Assembly: GCA_041690135.1 (NCBI GenBank)
Contig: JAWLHY010000018.1
Location: 1-64,000, forward strand
Direction of reading: 5' to 3'
DNA length: 64,000 nt
Origin: Armatimonadota bacterium
GTDB taxonomy: Bacteria > Armatimonadota > SYMT01
The notes beneath the pieces are model-generated. The model did not search any database and was not told the DNA's origin. It saw only the letters and a list, made by a program, of their open reading frames with translations. Positions within the stretch are counted from its first letter, which is position 1; every line of letters begins with the position of its first letter. Positions 48,301 through 55,768 of this stretch are shown in pieces. A program made the translations under genes and the position numbers.

Positions 48301-50522
48301 AGTGGGAACGAAGGGAAGCTGGAGGTGGTGGTCCCGCAGACGTATGCCTGCCCCGAGGGGCTCACCGCGATGTCATTGCCGACGTCGGTCCCATTTCCAC
48401 CCAGGTAGGTGGAGTAGATCCATTCGTTGCCAGATGTGTTCAACTTAGCAACGAATGCGTCGCTGGCGCCGCCCTGGAAGCTGGCGGTATATGCGGGGAT
48501 CGATGCCGCCGTCGGCGCCACCGTCGGGAAGTCGCCGGATGCGGTGTAACCCGTTACATAGGCCTCGCCCTGCGGGTTGATGGCGATGGACCGGCAAGCA
48601 TCGTCACCGCCGCCACCCAGGTAGGTTCCATACACGGGCCGTCCTGCCGTGTCGAATTTCGCTACGAAGCCATCCATGCGGCCGGTGTCGGGTGCGTGGG
48701 CCGGTTGGGGACCGTTCTGAGCGCCAGGAGGGAAAGAGGCGAACAGATCCAGTGATGCGGTTCCGCCCGCGACGAAAGTGTTTCCCTGGTCGTCCACGGC
48801 GATTGCAACCGCCTGGTCGTCGCCATAGGGCGTGGCAAACGCTCGGCCATTCCAGGTCTGCGTTCCGGGGCTGGAATACGGGGCGCGGGGAACGATGTAG
48901 TTGAAGTTGATCGGCGCAGTGACCGGCAGTCCGCTTTCGCTTCCGGACCCACCAAAGTACGTGTAGTAGTTGAAGGCGGAACCGGAGGCGTCCAGGCTGA
49001 CCAGGAAAATATCCGACGACCCCGCCAACGTGCTTTGGAAAGGCTGTCCGTCGGTGCTGAAGACCGGCAGGTTGGTGGAGTTGGTGATGCCCGCGATGTG
49101 AACGTTCTGCGTCCCGTCCACCGCGATAGCGCGACCGATGTCGTTGCCGGACCCACCGAGGTAGGTTGAGAAGACGAGCTGGCTGGCGCCGCTTCGACTC
49201 GTGTCGAGCTTGACCGCAAACCCATCGCGCCCCCCCTGCTGGTTTTGGACGGCAACCTGCAAGGGCCAATAAATGGACTCCGTGCAGCCCGTTACGTAGA
49301 TAAAGGGATGATCGACTGAGGAACTGGGCGAGGTGGTAAGTGCGAGGCCGTAGTCGTCGTTCTCCGCTCCCAGGTAGGTGGAATAGAGCAGAGGACTCGT
49401 CCCCGTGGCGTTGAACTTGGTGACGAATGCGTCGTAGCTGCTTTCGTCGAAGTAGGTGAAGTTGTTGTCCGGGTTCTCGGTGGTGTTGAAGTTGCTCCGG
49501 GATGAGTTATTGATCCGGTCCGGATCTCCCTGGAACTGGTTCACCAGCGGCCATTCAGTCAAAACCGATACCGGATCCCGGCTCGGTTCATTGTTTGCAT
49601 CCTGGAAGAACGAGCCGGTGTAGCCCGTAATGTATGCATTTCGCGACGCATCGACCTGCACGTCAAAGGCGTAGTCGTCCGCGCTCCCGCCAATATAGGT
49701 CGAATAGCGGATGACGGGGTCGATGACCAGTTGCTGGGACTCGTCGTAGGGTCCTACTTTGAACCCCACCTGGTTGTCGGCCAGCAGTTGGTATTCGGCT
49801 TCGACCGGCTTGCGCTCGCCCTTCACCACCTGGTAAGCGATGGGGGCCTTTTGCCTAACCTCACCCAACCCGGTGTTCAGTACCAGTTCCCCGCTCTCAT
49901 CAACGCGGAGTTCCTTTTGTCCCTCATACTCCAGGCGCACGGTCTTGGGGCTGACACCAGGATCCAGAATGAAGTCATGCTCCAGTTCCTGCTGGTTGCC
50001 GTAGTAGACGAGGTCCACGCCCTTCCACACGTCTTCACACAGTACGCGCCCGAAACTGGGGACGTCGGTCACCCAGTTCTCCGGTTTATTACCGATGAAG
50101 TAGTTGCTAAGGCCCAGTTGGTCTCCGTCGTGTCGGATGTTGGCCTTGGGATTGCCACCCACCAGGCTCATCTTGAGACGGGAGACCGGCGCACCTTCGG
50201 GCAGCTTCTGTGCCTTTTGACCCTGTTTTGCCGATTCGGGGAGACGGGCCAGGGCGAGGTATGAGGCCGTCGGGGTGATGTAGAAGTTGTAACCCGCCCC
50301 GCGGGACAGGAACTTCACCTGCCCGTCGGTCTGGCCGCGGTTGGCTTCGAAGATGAGCGGCAAGCGGCTCATCGCCAGTTTCGCGTCGGCCACGTCCTTT
50401 CCGGAGCGAGAGTTGAACTCCATCAGGCGGATCGCCCCCGTCAGCGCGCCCGCCAGCACTACGGTGCCTAGCAGCGCGCCCAGCCATCGCGGGGTCGCTA
50501 TCGCGGCTCTCACACTACGCAT
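42309..50522 (-). CDS. Giant surface protein: SBBP beta-propeller repeats, about 18 FN3 domains, basic C-terminal ASH/choice-of-anchor-D-like domain (2737 aa)
   Basis: FEANRGQ..; IDPVIRYSTYIGGS; 18 W-D-N-type FN3 repeats counted by eye; VNFANVLVG..TVRLTN.G..PL..FTP. Confidence 0.88.
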   Translation of the reverse strand: MRSVRAAIATPRWLGALLGTVVLAGALTGAIRLMEFNSRSGKDVADAKLAMSRLPLIFEANRGQTDGQVKFLSRGAGYNFYITPTASYLALARLPESAKQGQKAQKLPEGAPVSRLKMSLVGGNPKANIRHDGDQLGLSNYFIGNKPENWVTDVPSFGRVLCEDVWKGVDLVYYGNQQELEHDFILDPGVSPKTVRLEYEGQKELRVDESGELVLNTGLGEVRQKAPIAYQVVKGERKPVEAEYQLLADNQVGFKVGPYDESQQLVIDPVIRYSTYIGGSADDYAFDVQVDASRNAYITGYTGSFFQDANNEPSRDPVSVLTEWPLVNQFQGDPDRINNSSRSNFNTTENPDNNFTYFDESSYDAFVTKFNATGTSPLLYSTYLGAENDDYGLALTTSPSSSVDHPFIYVTGCTESIYWPLQVAVQNQQGGRDGFAVKLDTSRSGASQLVFSTYLGGSGNDIGRAIAVDGTQNVHIAGITNSTNLPVFSTDGQPFQSTLAGSSDIFLVSLDASGSAFNYYTYFGGSGSESGLPVTAPINFNYIVPRAPYSSPGTQTWNGRAFATPYGDDQAVAIAVDDQGNTFVAGGTASLDLFASFPPGAQNGPQPAHAPDTGRMDGFVAKFDTAGRPVYGTYLGGGGDDACRSIAINPQGEAYVTGYTASGDFPTVAPTAASIPAYTASFQGGASDAFVAKLNTSGNEWIYSTYLGGNGTDVGNDIAVSPSGQAYVCGTTTSSFPSFPLVNPSQNDLRGGVDCFLAKLRPNGAEFEYSTYFGGSAGWSGPPDDLALGIDVDSNGQAYIAGTTASLDLPTSFFTYRNGQQGPLNGRYELMPVADVFVAQHHSPPFAPSNLITTAIGNNGGNHFISLAWTDNSDNEGGFEVERKLGDQSSASPWQVVATINTANTVTHTNSGLVATTTYTYRVRPFNRAVVANVNTTFYGPYSNQLTVTTLPEPPAAPTNLVVTPIDTQRLKLDWNDASNNEASFIIERRRITTPATSFMQIANILSDATNGPGTGARTFTDDNAGAGLAPNTTYEYQIRANNAAGDSAILGPVQGTTLPTAPTVQPVFNAPTATNSQVNLTWTYNAQDQVGFKLYRATAPGGPFNLIRTDTQGPDLTDTTAPFDKVYSFTDGGRAANTTYYYQVRAYNQSGDGPLSSTVSATTLPNPPQDASDLSVTLTPPDAANLEWTDNSTDETGFKIEQALAAGGPWTLTTTYTSQPAEVPATGLRTTTINGLQRNTVFYFRVIAFANNGVGDSDAQPSNTDCVLTQAVNASNLDAATTSQTVIDLTWDDNNPAGTTSNFRIERSPDGSSNWTFVANDGNTPAGGQKSFQVTGLTPNTQYFFRVRAFNTAPAGCDGGGDSPANSNVDSAWTLPSVPQALLITNIAPTTNLRIAFTDANAPGSTSAHRVERSTDQSTWTLVATLPAGTTTVDDNNGGTNLNGNRTYFYRVMATNPGGNSAAITGNRLTLPAAATNLLATVPTTGNPRRGRTEIDLTWTDNSFAPTQFRVERSPDGMSGWTQIGTAQAGVNAYTDTGLTENTQYCYRVIGTNGSGNGDVSNTQCATTLKVPPTGPEGLTATVISSSQINLAWTDTANNEEGFRIERKIGINGTFAPLAGATSLPVNSNSYQDTGLTENTTYTYRVYAFNNGGDSAPSREAGGTTLQTPPAAPSNLDANATSASVVRLTWTDNASNETGFEVEVTPQGGTASTRTVNQVSAGTGQTVTFDATGLNPNTSYVFRVRARNNNVSAWVGPASDLTFPANPSGLTASLQTNPRRVELAWTDNNGANPSGNRIMRKEGSNSFLILTDRAAASGTTYTDDTVMAGKTYTYVIVAINTNGDLSTGSTNEATVVVPPDAPQAPETLTATAQSTTSILLAWTDKSDNETLFKIERSTDGVTFRQVATKGTAPGADTQVTHTDQGLVSNTLYIYRVRAANGGGDSAYSNTAQATTLPNPPGAPSGLTATAQSQTEIWLSWSDSSSNEDEFVIFRRNDMGAFVEHDTVAANSTSYSDSGLTANTAYSYQVRARNGGGSSNPSNTATATTHPNAPAAPSLFTATGQSQNSIRLTWQDNSTDETSFKLERSQNQTTWISLATLGANTTSYLDNGLNVDTIYYYRLVASNIGGDSTAVSTSGRTHPNPPSAPSSLTAVATGQTSVLLTWQDNSDNESSFRIERRLASGGTFSLAGTVGADLEQFTDTSGLIANTGYVYRVQAANDGGVSSFSNEANVTTLPNPPAAPSNLLVTVPTNGSVAAAAAGSTSLVLTWQDNSNNEDGFEIYRRTAGENFGAQPNATVGTNITTYTDQNLSPQTTYFYVVVATNAGGDSAATAEASGTTLPNPPGTSPTGLQATAVSSSSIRLNWTDAVTGETGFTIERKPEGGNFQTVGSAPANATEHFDNGLAASTTYYYRVRAKNTGGDGPASNEANATTLTDLPSTPAGVTVSTPAAPAGRTQLVVTWSDSQRESSYVIQRRTAQGAFTQAGSVGEGVTTFTDTNLVPGTTYIYRVIARNPTGDSSPSGEAQGETLPNPPAAPSNVTVLVAGSDILRVEWQDNSNDETGFRVERKIGENQFAVVNTTGANVTSTKVGGLETSAVQTFRVIAFNAGGDSSPSNEASGVTPGSGRLKVSRTKVNFANVLVGGSATRTVRLTNIGTTPLMVAYTPVEAPFNVEAPQAVSILLQPKDFVEVTVSFTPAARGRARSTLRITSTDPRRSRANVQLLGNGTVPRKGRR

Positions 50523-51177
50523 GTGGACCTCTCCGTCAGTATCAATGGGATAAAAAGACCAGTTTTCCGGCCGTAGGTGGTGTTGGTGGGCCTGGAAGCT
50601 CCGGGCGGTCCGGCGTTGGCTCCAGGGGTCCGTTTGTTTGTTAACCGCTTGGGGACCGACCAGAGTTTCCGCGCGGAGGCGGTTCGCACCTCCCGCGCGG
50701 GCGGATCCCTGGTGAAAACTCTAGCTTGTGACACCCTGCTCGCCTTAAGATTGTGCTTAGGTGGCTGAGCGCAATCTGCCCGGACACATCGAGAGGGGTC
50801 GTCACTGTGACCGGCATTCGGAGAATTCGTCAGTTAGACGCTTCTTCCCTCCGTAGAGGTTGCCTTTTTTTGACCGGAACCCAACAGCCGCCTTGCCTGC
50901 TGTCCAGGTGCGCGGTTTAGGGCGCGAGCCCTACCATGACAGCCTTTGGCGAGGGGGATGCGGATCCCTGCATCGGAATCCGGAGAAGGGTGACGAGACC
51001 TTGGATCTTCGGCGATGCTCCGCCATCTCCACAAATGCCTGTATGCTAGGGTGGTGTGCATTCAGTGGCGCGAAATTTGTGCTAAAAGTGTACAATGCTC
51101 TGGCTGGCACTGGGCTGCTTGCCGGTTGTGTGAGCGCTTCGCGTCGGCGGCGGTGACTCCCCGGGTATACTCAACCT

Positions 51178-52122
51178 ATGGTGGACATCGGCGGGGAATC
51201 CGGCGCCGCACGGGCGCAAGATCCAGGAGCGCGGCTGCGGGCACAGCAGCGGGCGGCGACACTGTCGCTGGGTTCGAACGTGTTTCTGGTAGCGGTGAAG
51301 ATCGCTGCGGGGGTGGCGTCGGGCGCGATCAGTGTTCTGGCAGAGGGGATTCAGTCGACGGTGGACGTGCTCGCATCGGGCCTGATTCTGTTCACCGTGC
51401 GGGCGGCGAGTGCCCCTCCCGACCGGAGCCATCCCTACGGTCACGGTAAGTTTGAGAATCTGGCTTCGCTGGGCCAGATGCTGCTGATTCTGGGCACGGT
51501 AGCCTATCTTCTGTCGGCAGCCTGGCAGCGGTGGCAAGAGCCGGTGATGCCGCGGGTGGACTGGGGTGTGGCGGCGCTGGTCATTGCCCTGGTAGTCAAC
51601 ACGCTGGTTTCGCGGCGACTGATGAAAGTGGCCGCAGAAACCGGGTCCCAGGCGCTGGAGGCCGAAGCGGCGCACCTTCGTACCGACATGCTGGCTTGCG
51701 TCGGCGTGCTTGGAGGTTTGCTCGCCGTGGCGATCACGGGTGAGCCGCGCTTTGATCCCGCCGTGGCCGCGGTGATGACGGTAGTGGCTGCGTTGGCGGC
51801 CGTATCCCTATTGAGAGAGACGCTGCGTCCGCTGCTGGATGAGAGCCTGCCGGAGGAAGAGGAGCGCCAGGTGCGGGCGGTGCTGGAAGGCGACGGGCGG
51901 GTGTTGGGGTATCACCGTCTCCGCACGCGGCGCGCCGGCGCGCGGCGCTTGGTGGATGTTCACGTGTTGCTTGATGACGATCTCAGTTTTGCGCAGGCGC
52001 ATGCGCAGGCCGAGGAGGTGGAGCAGGCTATTCGCTCGGTGCTGCCGAACGCGGATGTCATCGTGCATGCGGAACCGTACGAAGCGGAACTGCAACATCA
52101 GGAGGAGGCACATCGTGGGTGA
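51178..52122 (+). CDS. Cation diffusion facilitator (FieF-like) transporter
   Basis: PPDRSHPYGHGKFENL; EAAHLRTD; RLRTRRAG..VDVH; IVHAEP. Confidence 0.9.
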   Translation: MVDIGGESGAARAQDPGARLRAQQRAATLSLGSNVFLVAVKIAAGVASGAISVLAEGIQSTVDVLASGLILFTVRAASAPPDRSHPYGHGKFENLASLGQMLLILGTVAYLLSAAWQRWQEPVMPRVDWGVAALVIALVVNTLVSRRLMKVAAETGSQALEAEAAHLRTDMLACVGVLGGLLAVAITGEPRFDPAVAAVMTVVAALAAVSLLRETLRPLLDESLPEEEERQVRAVLEGDGRVLGYHRLRTRRAGARRLVDVHVLLDDDLSFAQAHAQAEEVEQAIRSVLPNADVIVHAEPYEAELQHQEEAHRG

Positions 52123-52483
52123 GCGGGTGCGCTACACCTTCTTCTATGACGAGGATTGTGGCATGTGAGCGCGGTTTGCGCGCTGGTTGGCGCGCGCCGC
52201 AGGCTCTCGGGTTAGGGTCAGCCCACTGGGGGGACCGGAGGCCGACCGGGTTCTTGCCGGTATTGATTCGGTCGAGCGTTACCGCCAGGCCTGGGGCACG
52301 GACGGCACGCGCCTGTACGCCGCCGACCGCTCCGTCTGGGAGGCACTTTACCGGGTTCCTGGCGGCTGGTTGCTGCGCTCCCTTCGTTTTATCCCCGGAT
52401 TTACCTGGGTCAGCCCAAGAGTCTACCGCTGGGTAGCGGAACACCGCTCCCCCGCATGTCGGCTCAAGAACAGCGCGGAATGA
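52115..52483 (+). CDS. DCC-family (DUF393) thiol-disulfide oxidoreductase; candidate selenoprotein (CxxU, UGA 52166-52168)
   Basis: RBS GGAGGAGG before GTG 52115; FFYDEDCGM-UGA-ARFARWL...YRWVAEHR in a single frame. Confidence 0.8.
52169..52200 (+). promoter_or_regulatory. Candidate bacterial SECIS element of the DCC gene
   Basis: UGA-GCGCGGUUU-GCGCGCU-GGUU-GGCGCGC-GCCGC: 7-bp upper stem, GGUU loop 16 nt after the UGA, GCGG/CCGC lower stem. Confidence 0.65.
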
Positions 52484-52772
52484 AGGGCCGGTTTCAGTTC
52501 CTCCCGTGCTGTGGGTTTTCTCGCACCAGGAGCCTGAACTGCGAATCGGTCGACCGTATTCCCTTCCTCCTTCGCGTCTCTCCGTGTTCTACTCCGTGTC
52601 TCCGTTGTGAGGTTCGGAGTCGGTTCGGGCATCTGCACAGACGGTTCCGGTCGTGGCACTGCCGACAATAGGCCGGGGTAATCCCCACCCGGCGCGACAA
52701 CTGTTGCGCTCCGGTGTATCATGATCCTCCACGTCCAATTGCCGGGCCTCCGGCGAGCCAGGTTTAGACGCG

Positions 52773-53639
52773 ATGCGCATTATCGACTGCTTCGGCAACG
52801 GCCGCCCCGTGTTCTCCTTCGAGTTCTTCCCTCCGAAGACGGAGGAGGGGCTCCACAACCTCTATAGCACCATCGGGTATCTTGCGGAGTTGAACCCCTC
52901 CTTCGTTTCCGTGACCTACGGGGCGGGCGGCAGCACGCGCGATCTTACGGTGGATCTTGTGGGCCGGATCAAGGCGGAGATCGGGTTGGAGACGATGGCG
53001 CATCTCACCTGCGTGGGGCACAGCGCGGAGGAGATTGCCGGGGTGTTGGACCGGTTGCAGGGCAACGGAATCGAAAACGTCCTCGCCCTGCGCGGAGATC
53101 CGCCCCGGGGTGAAACCCAGTTCGTGCGCCCGGAGAACGGTTTCGGGTACGCCCAGGAGTTGGTGCGGTTCATCCGCTCGCGCTACGACTTCTGCGTGGC
53201 GGGTGCATGCTACCCGGAACGTCACCCGGAAGCCGCGGATGCCGAAACCGACCTGGCCCACCTGAAAGAGAAGGTCGACGCCGGCGCGGAGTTCCTGGTC
53301 AGCCAGCTCTTTTTCGATCCGGCCGTGTACTTCCGTTTCGTGGAGAGGGCTCGCGCCATCGGCATCACCGTGCCCATCCTGCCGGGCATCATGCCGGTTA
53401 CCAACGTAAGCCAGTTGGAGCGGTTCACCACGATGTGTGGCGCGAGCATTCCGGAAGAGTTGCGCGACCGGCTGGATCGGGTGCGGAATGACGAGCAGGC
53501 GGTCGTGTGCGAAGGAATCTCCTGGGCTACCCGGCAGTGCCGCGAATTGCTGGAAGGCGGCGCGCCCGGCATCCACTTCTACACCCTTAACCGTTCGCTC
53601 TCAACCCGAATGGTGTACCTGAACCTTCAGCGGTCCTGA
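52773..53639 (+). CDS. metF: Methylenetetrahydrofolate reductase
   Basis: FSFEFFPPK; SVTYGAGGS; AHLTC; LALRGDPP; HFYTLN. Confidence 0.95.
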   Translation: MRIIDCFGNGRPVFSFEFFPPKTEEGLHNLYSTIGYLAELNPSFVSVTYGAGGSTRDLTVDLVGRIKAEIGLETMAHLTCVGHSAEEIAGVLDRLQGNGIENVLALRGDPPRGETQFVRPENGFGYAQELVRFIRSRYDFCVAGACYPERHPEAADAETDLAHLKEKVDAGAEFLVSQLFFDPAVYFRFVERARAIGITVPILPGIMPVTNVSQLERFTTMCGASIPEELRDRLDRVRNDEQAVVCEGISWATRQCRELLEGGAPGIHFYTLNRSLSTRMVYLNLQRS

Positions 53640-53822
53640 GCGGAGTGGACCCCGAGTAAGCACTGGGCAGCCGATAAGGCCGGTTGGGGCAGAGATACCG
53701 AACGACCACCGCGGCGGGCGAGATGCCCGCCGCACTCTACCCCATGGGCCTTCCTCTCACTCCTACTCCGCTGCTCTCATCCACTCACCCCTCCGTCACT
53801 CACCTCTCTCCCTCACCAGGCA

Positions 53823-55325
53823 TCACCATGGAAACCGGACTTCCGCTAGAACTCCGTCCCCATGGGTAAGGGAGAAGCGACCGTTGAGATCCCGCTCGGC
53901 GAGGATCCGTACCACGTCCAGTCCCACGTGCGAGTCCCGGTTCATGTCGAATCCTGGGGGTAATCCGGGGCCGTTGTCCTGCACCCGAAGCACCAACTCC
54001 TCCCCCTCCTGGTAGAGGGTCACGTAGAGCTTTCCGCCCGCCGGGCCCGGGCACGCATGCCCGGCGGAGAAGGCATGCTTGAAGGCGTGCTTGGCGGCGT
54101 TGGTGATCAACTCATTGAGGATCAGGGCGAGGCTGGTCGCCTTTTTGGACGACAAGGGAAACTGTGGTACTTCCAGCCGCAGATCGACCCCGCCGGTATC
54201 GGGCATGCTACTGCGGAGCGCCATCGGCACGAGTGCTTCCGTCAATTCGCGTGTGTCCACGATGCGGACGTCCCGGTCCTGAGAGAGGAGATCGTGGACG
54301 AGGGCGATCGCCTGGATTCGGTCCATGCTTTCACGCAGGGCTTCGGTTCCCTTCGCGCCGTTGTTGGAAGCCAGTTCCAGGTACAGCAGGTCGGTGATCG
54401 CCTGCAGGTTGTTCTTGATGCGGTGGTGCGCCTCGCGTACCGAAAGCTGAAGCTGTTCGCTCTTTTCCCGTTCGCTGGCCAACAGGCGCTCCCGTTCCGC
54501 CTCCGCTTTCTTACGCTCGGTGATGTCGCTGACCACCCCGAGAAAGCCGGTGATGCCGCGCTTCTTCTCGTGCAACGCCGTCACCGACAGGAGGACGGGG
54601 AAGCGGCTCCCGTCGCGCCGGACGTAGGTCCACTCGCGCTCTTCAATCTCGCCGCGCCGGGCCCGCGCTACCAACACCTCGAATCCGGGGGCGACGGGAT
54701 CCCCCAATGCTTGCGACAGCTCCGCCGCGCGCGCTGCAACCTCCGCGGGATCGTGCCACGCCGCCGGGGTCATCTTGCCGATGACCTCCTCCTCCGTGTA
54801 ACCCAGCCAGCGCTGTGCGGCCGCGTTGAAGGTGCAGACAATCCCCTCGGGAGAGGTGGCGATGATGGCGTAGTTGGCGCTGTCCAGGATGGCGCGCTGG
54901 AGAGTCGTCACCTCGCGCAGGGCGACTTCAGCCCGCTTGCGTTCAATGGCGTAGCGCATGGACCGCGCCAGGGCTCGTCCGTCCATGCAGCCCTTGACCA
55001 GGTAGTCCTGGGCCCCGCGCTGCATGGTGGTGACCGCCAGTTCCTCGTCGTCCAGACCCGTCAACACCACAATCGGCAGGTCGGGCATGGCTCCGCTCGC
55101 GCGGAGTACCGTATCGATGCCCTGGCTGTCCGGGAGTGAGAGGTCGAGCAGCATCACGTCGAATCGCTCCCGCTCCAGGCGCTGCAATGCGGGACCGAGT
55201 TGATCGACGGTGCAGAGCTCGAACCGGCGTTCTCCCAATTCGTCCAGCTCGATCTGAATGAGCCGGGCGTCCCCCGGATTGTCTTCCACGAGCAAGACGT
55301 GAAAGGGGCTCTCGCTGCCGCTCAC
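53823..55325 (-). CDS. REC-PAS-HisKA_2 type hybrid kinase/response regulator
   Basis: [17 protein letters not shown]; [11 protein letters not shown]; [10 protein letters not shown]; DNGPG. Confidence 0.88.
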   Translation of the reverse strand: MSGSESPFHVLLVEDNPGDARLIQIELDELGERRFELCTVDQLGPALQRLERERFDVMLLDLSLPDSQGIDTVLRASGAMPDLPIVVLTGLDDEELAVTTMQRGAQDYLVKGCMDGRALARSMRYAIERKRAEVALREVTTLQRAILDSANYAIIATSPEGIVCTFNAAAQRWLGYTEEEVIGKMTPAAWHDPAEVAARAAELSQALGDPVAPGFEVLVARARRGEIEEREWTYVRRDGSRFPVLLSVTALHEKKRGITGFLGVVSDITERKKAEAERERLLASEREKSEQLQLSVREAHHRIKNNLQAITDLLYLELASNNGAKGTEALRESMDRIQAIALVHDLLSQDRDVRIVDTRELTEALVPMALRSSMPDTGGVDLRLEVPQFPLSSKKATSLALILNELITNAAKHAFKHAFSAGHACPGPAGGKLYVTLYQEGEELVLRVQDNGPGLPPGFDMNRDSHVGLDVVRILAERDLNGRFSLTHGDGVLAEVRFPW

Positions 55326-55768
55326 TGGTCCGGCAGCCTGACAATGGTGAACCAGAAGTCCTGAATCGACCGTACAACTTCAATGAACTGATCGAAATCG
55401 ACCGGCTTGGTCACGTAGCAGTTCGCGTGCAGGTCGTAGGCGCGGAGGATATCCTGTTCCGCGCTGGAGGTGGTCATCACCACCACGGGGATGCGCCGAA
55501 GCGTGTCATCTTTCTTGATTTCGGCCAGTACCTCCCGGCCGTCCTTCCGTGGCAGGTTCAGGTCGAGCAGGATCACATCCGGGCGTGGCGCGTCTGCATA
55601 CTTCCCCTGGCGGTGCAGGAACTCCATAGCTTCCACGCCGTCTCCCACGCGATGGAGGCGGTTGCGGATCTTGCCCTCCCGCAGGGCTTCCTGGGTCAGG
55701 CGGACATCGCCGGGGTTGTCCTCAACCAGGAGAATTTCTACCGGCCTTCCGGCGTCTCCACTGCTCAC
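55322..55768 (-). CDS. Single-domain response regulator, Rcp1-like
   Basis: [10 protein letters not shown]; [11 protein letters not shown]; [15 protein letters not shown]. Confidence 0.92.
   Translation of the reverse strand: MSSGDAGRPVEILLVEDNPGDVRLTQEALREGKIRNRLHRVGDGVEAMEFLHRQGKYADAPRPDVILLDLNLPRKDGREVLAEIKKDDTLRRIPVVVMTTSSAEQDILRAYDLHANCYVTKPVDFDQFIEVVRSIQDFWFTIVRLPDQ

Noticed and set aside
50830-50950. c-di-GMP-I riboswitch upstream of the giant surface gene
   Set aside because: Only fragments (AAAGGCAA, ATGACAGC) on opposite strands; the GAAA tetraloop and GACGCAAA core are missing.
52187-52483. 98-aa ORF with TTG start as a stand-alone gene
   Set aside because: It is the 3' part of the DCC gene; the RBS and YDxxC motif lie upstream in frame across a single TGA.
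52484-52772. Small ORFs and CTCCGTGT-like repeats between the DCC gene and metF
   Set aside because: No convincing RBS or protein motif; the repeats are short and degenerate.
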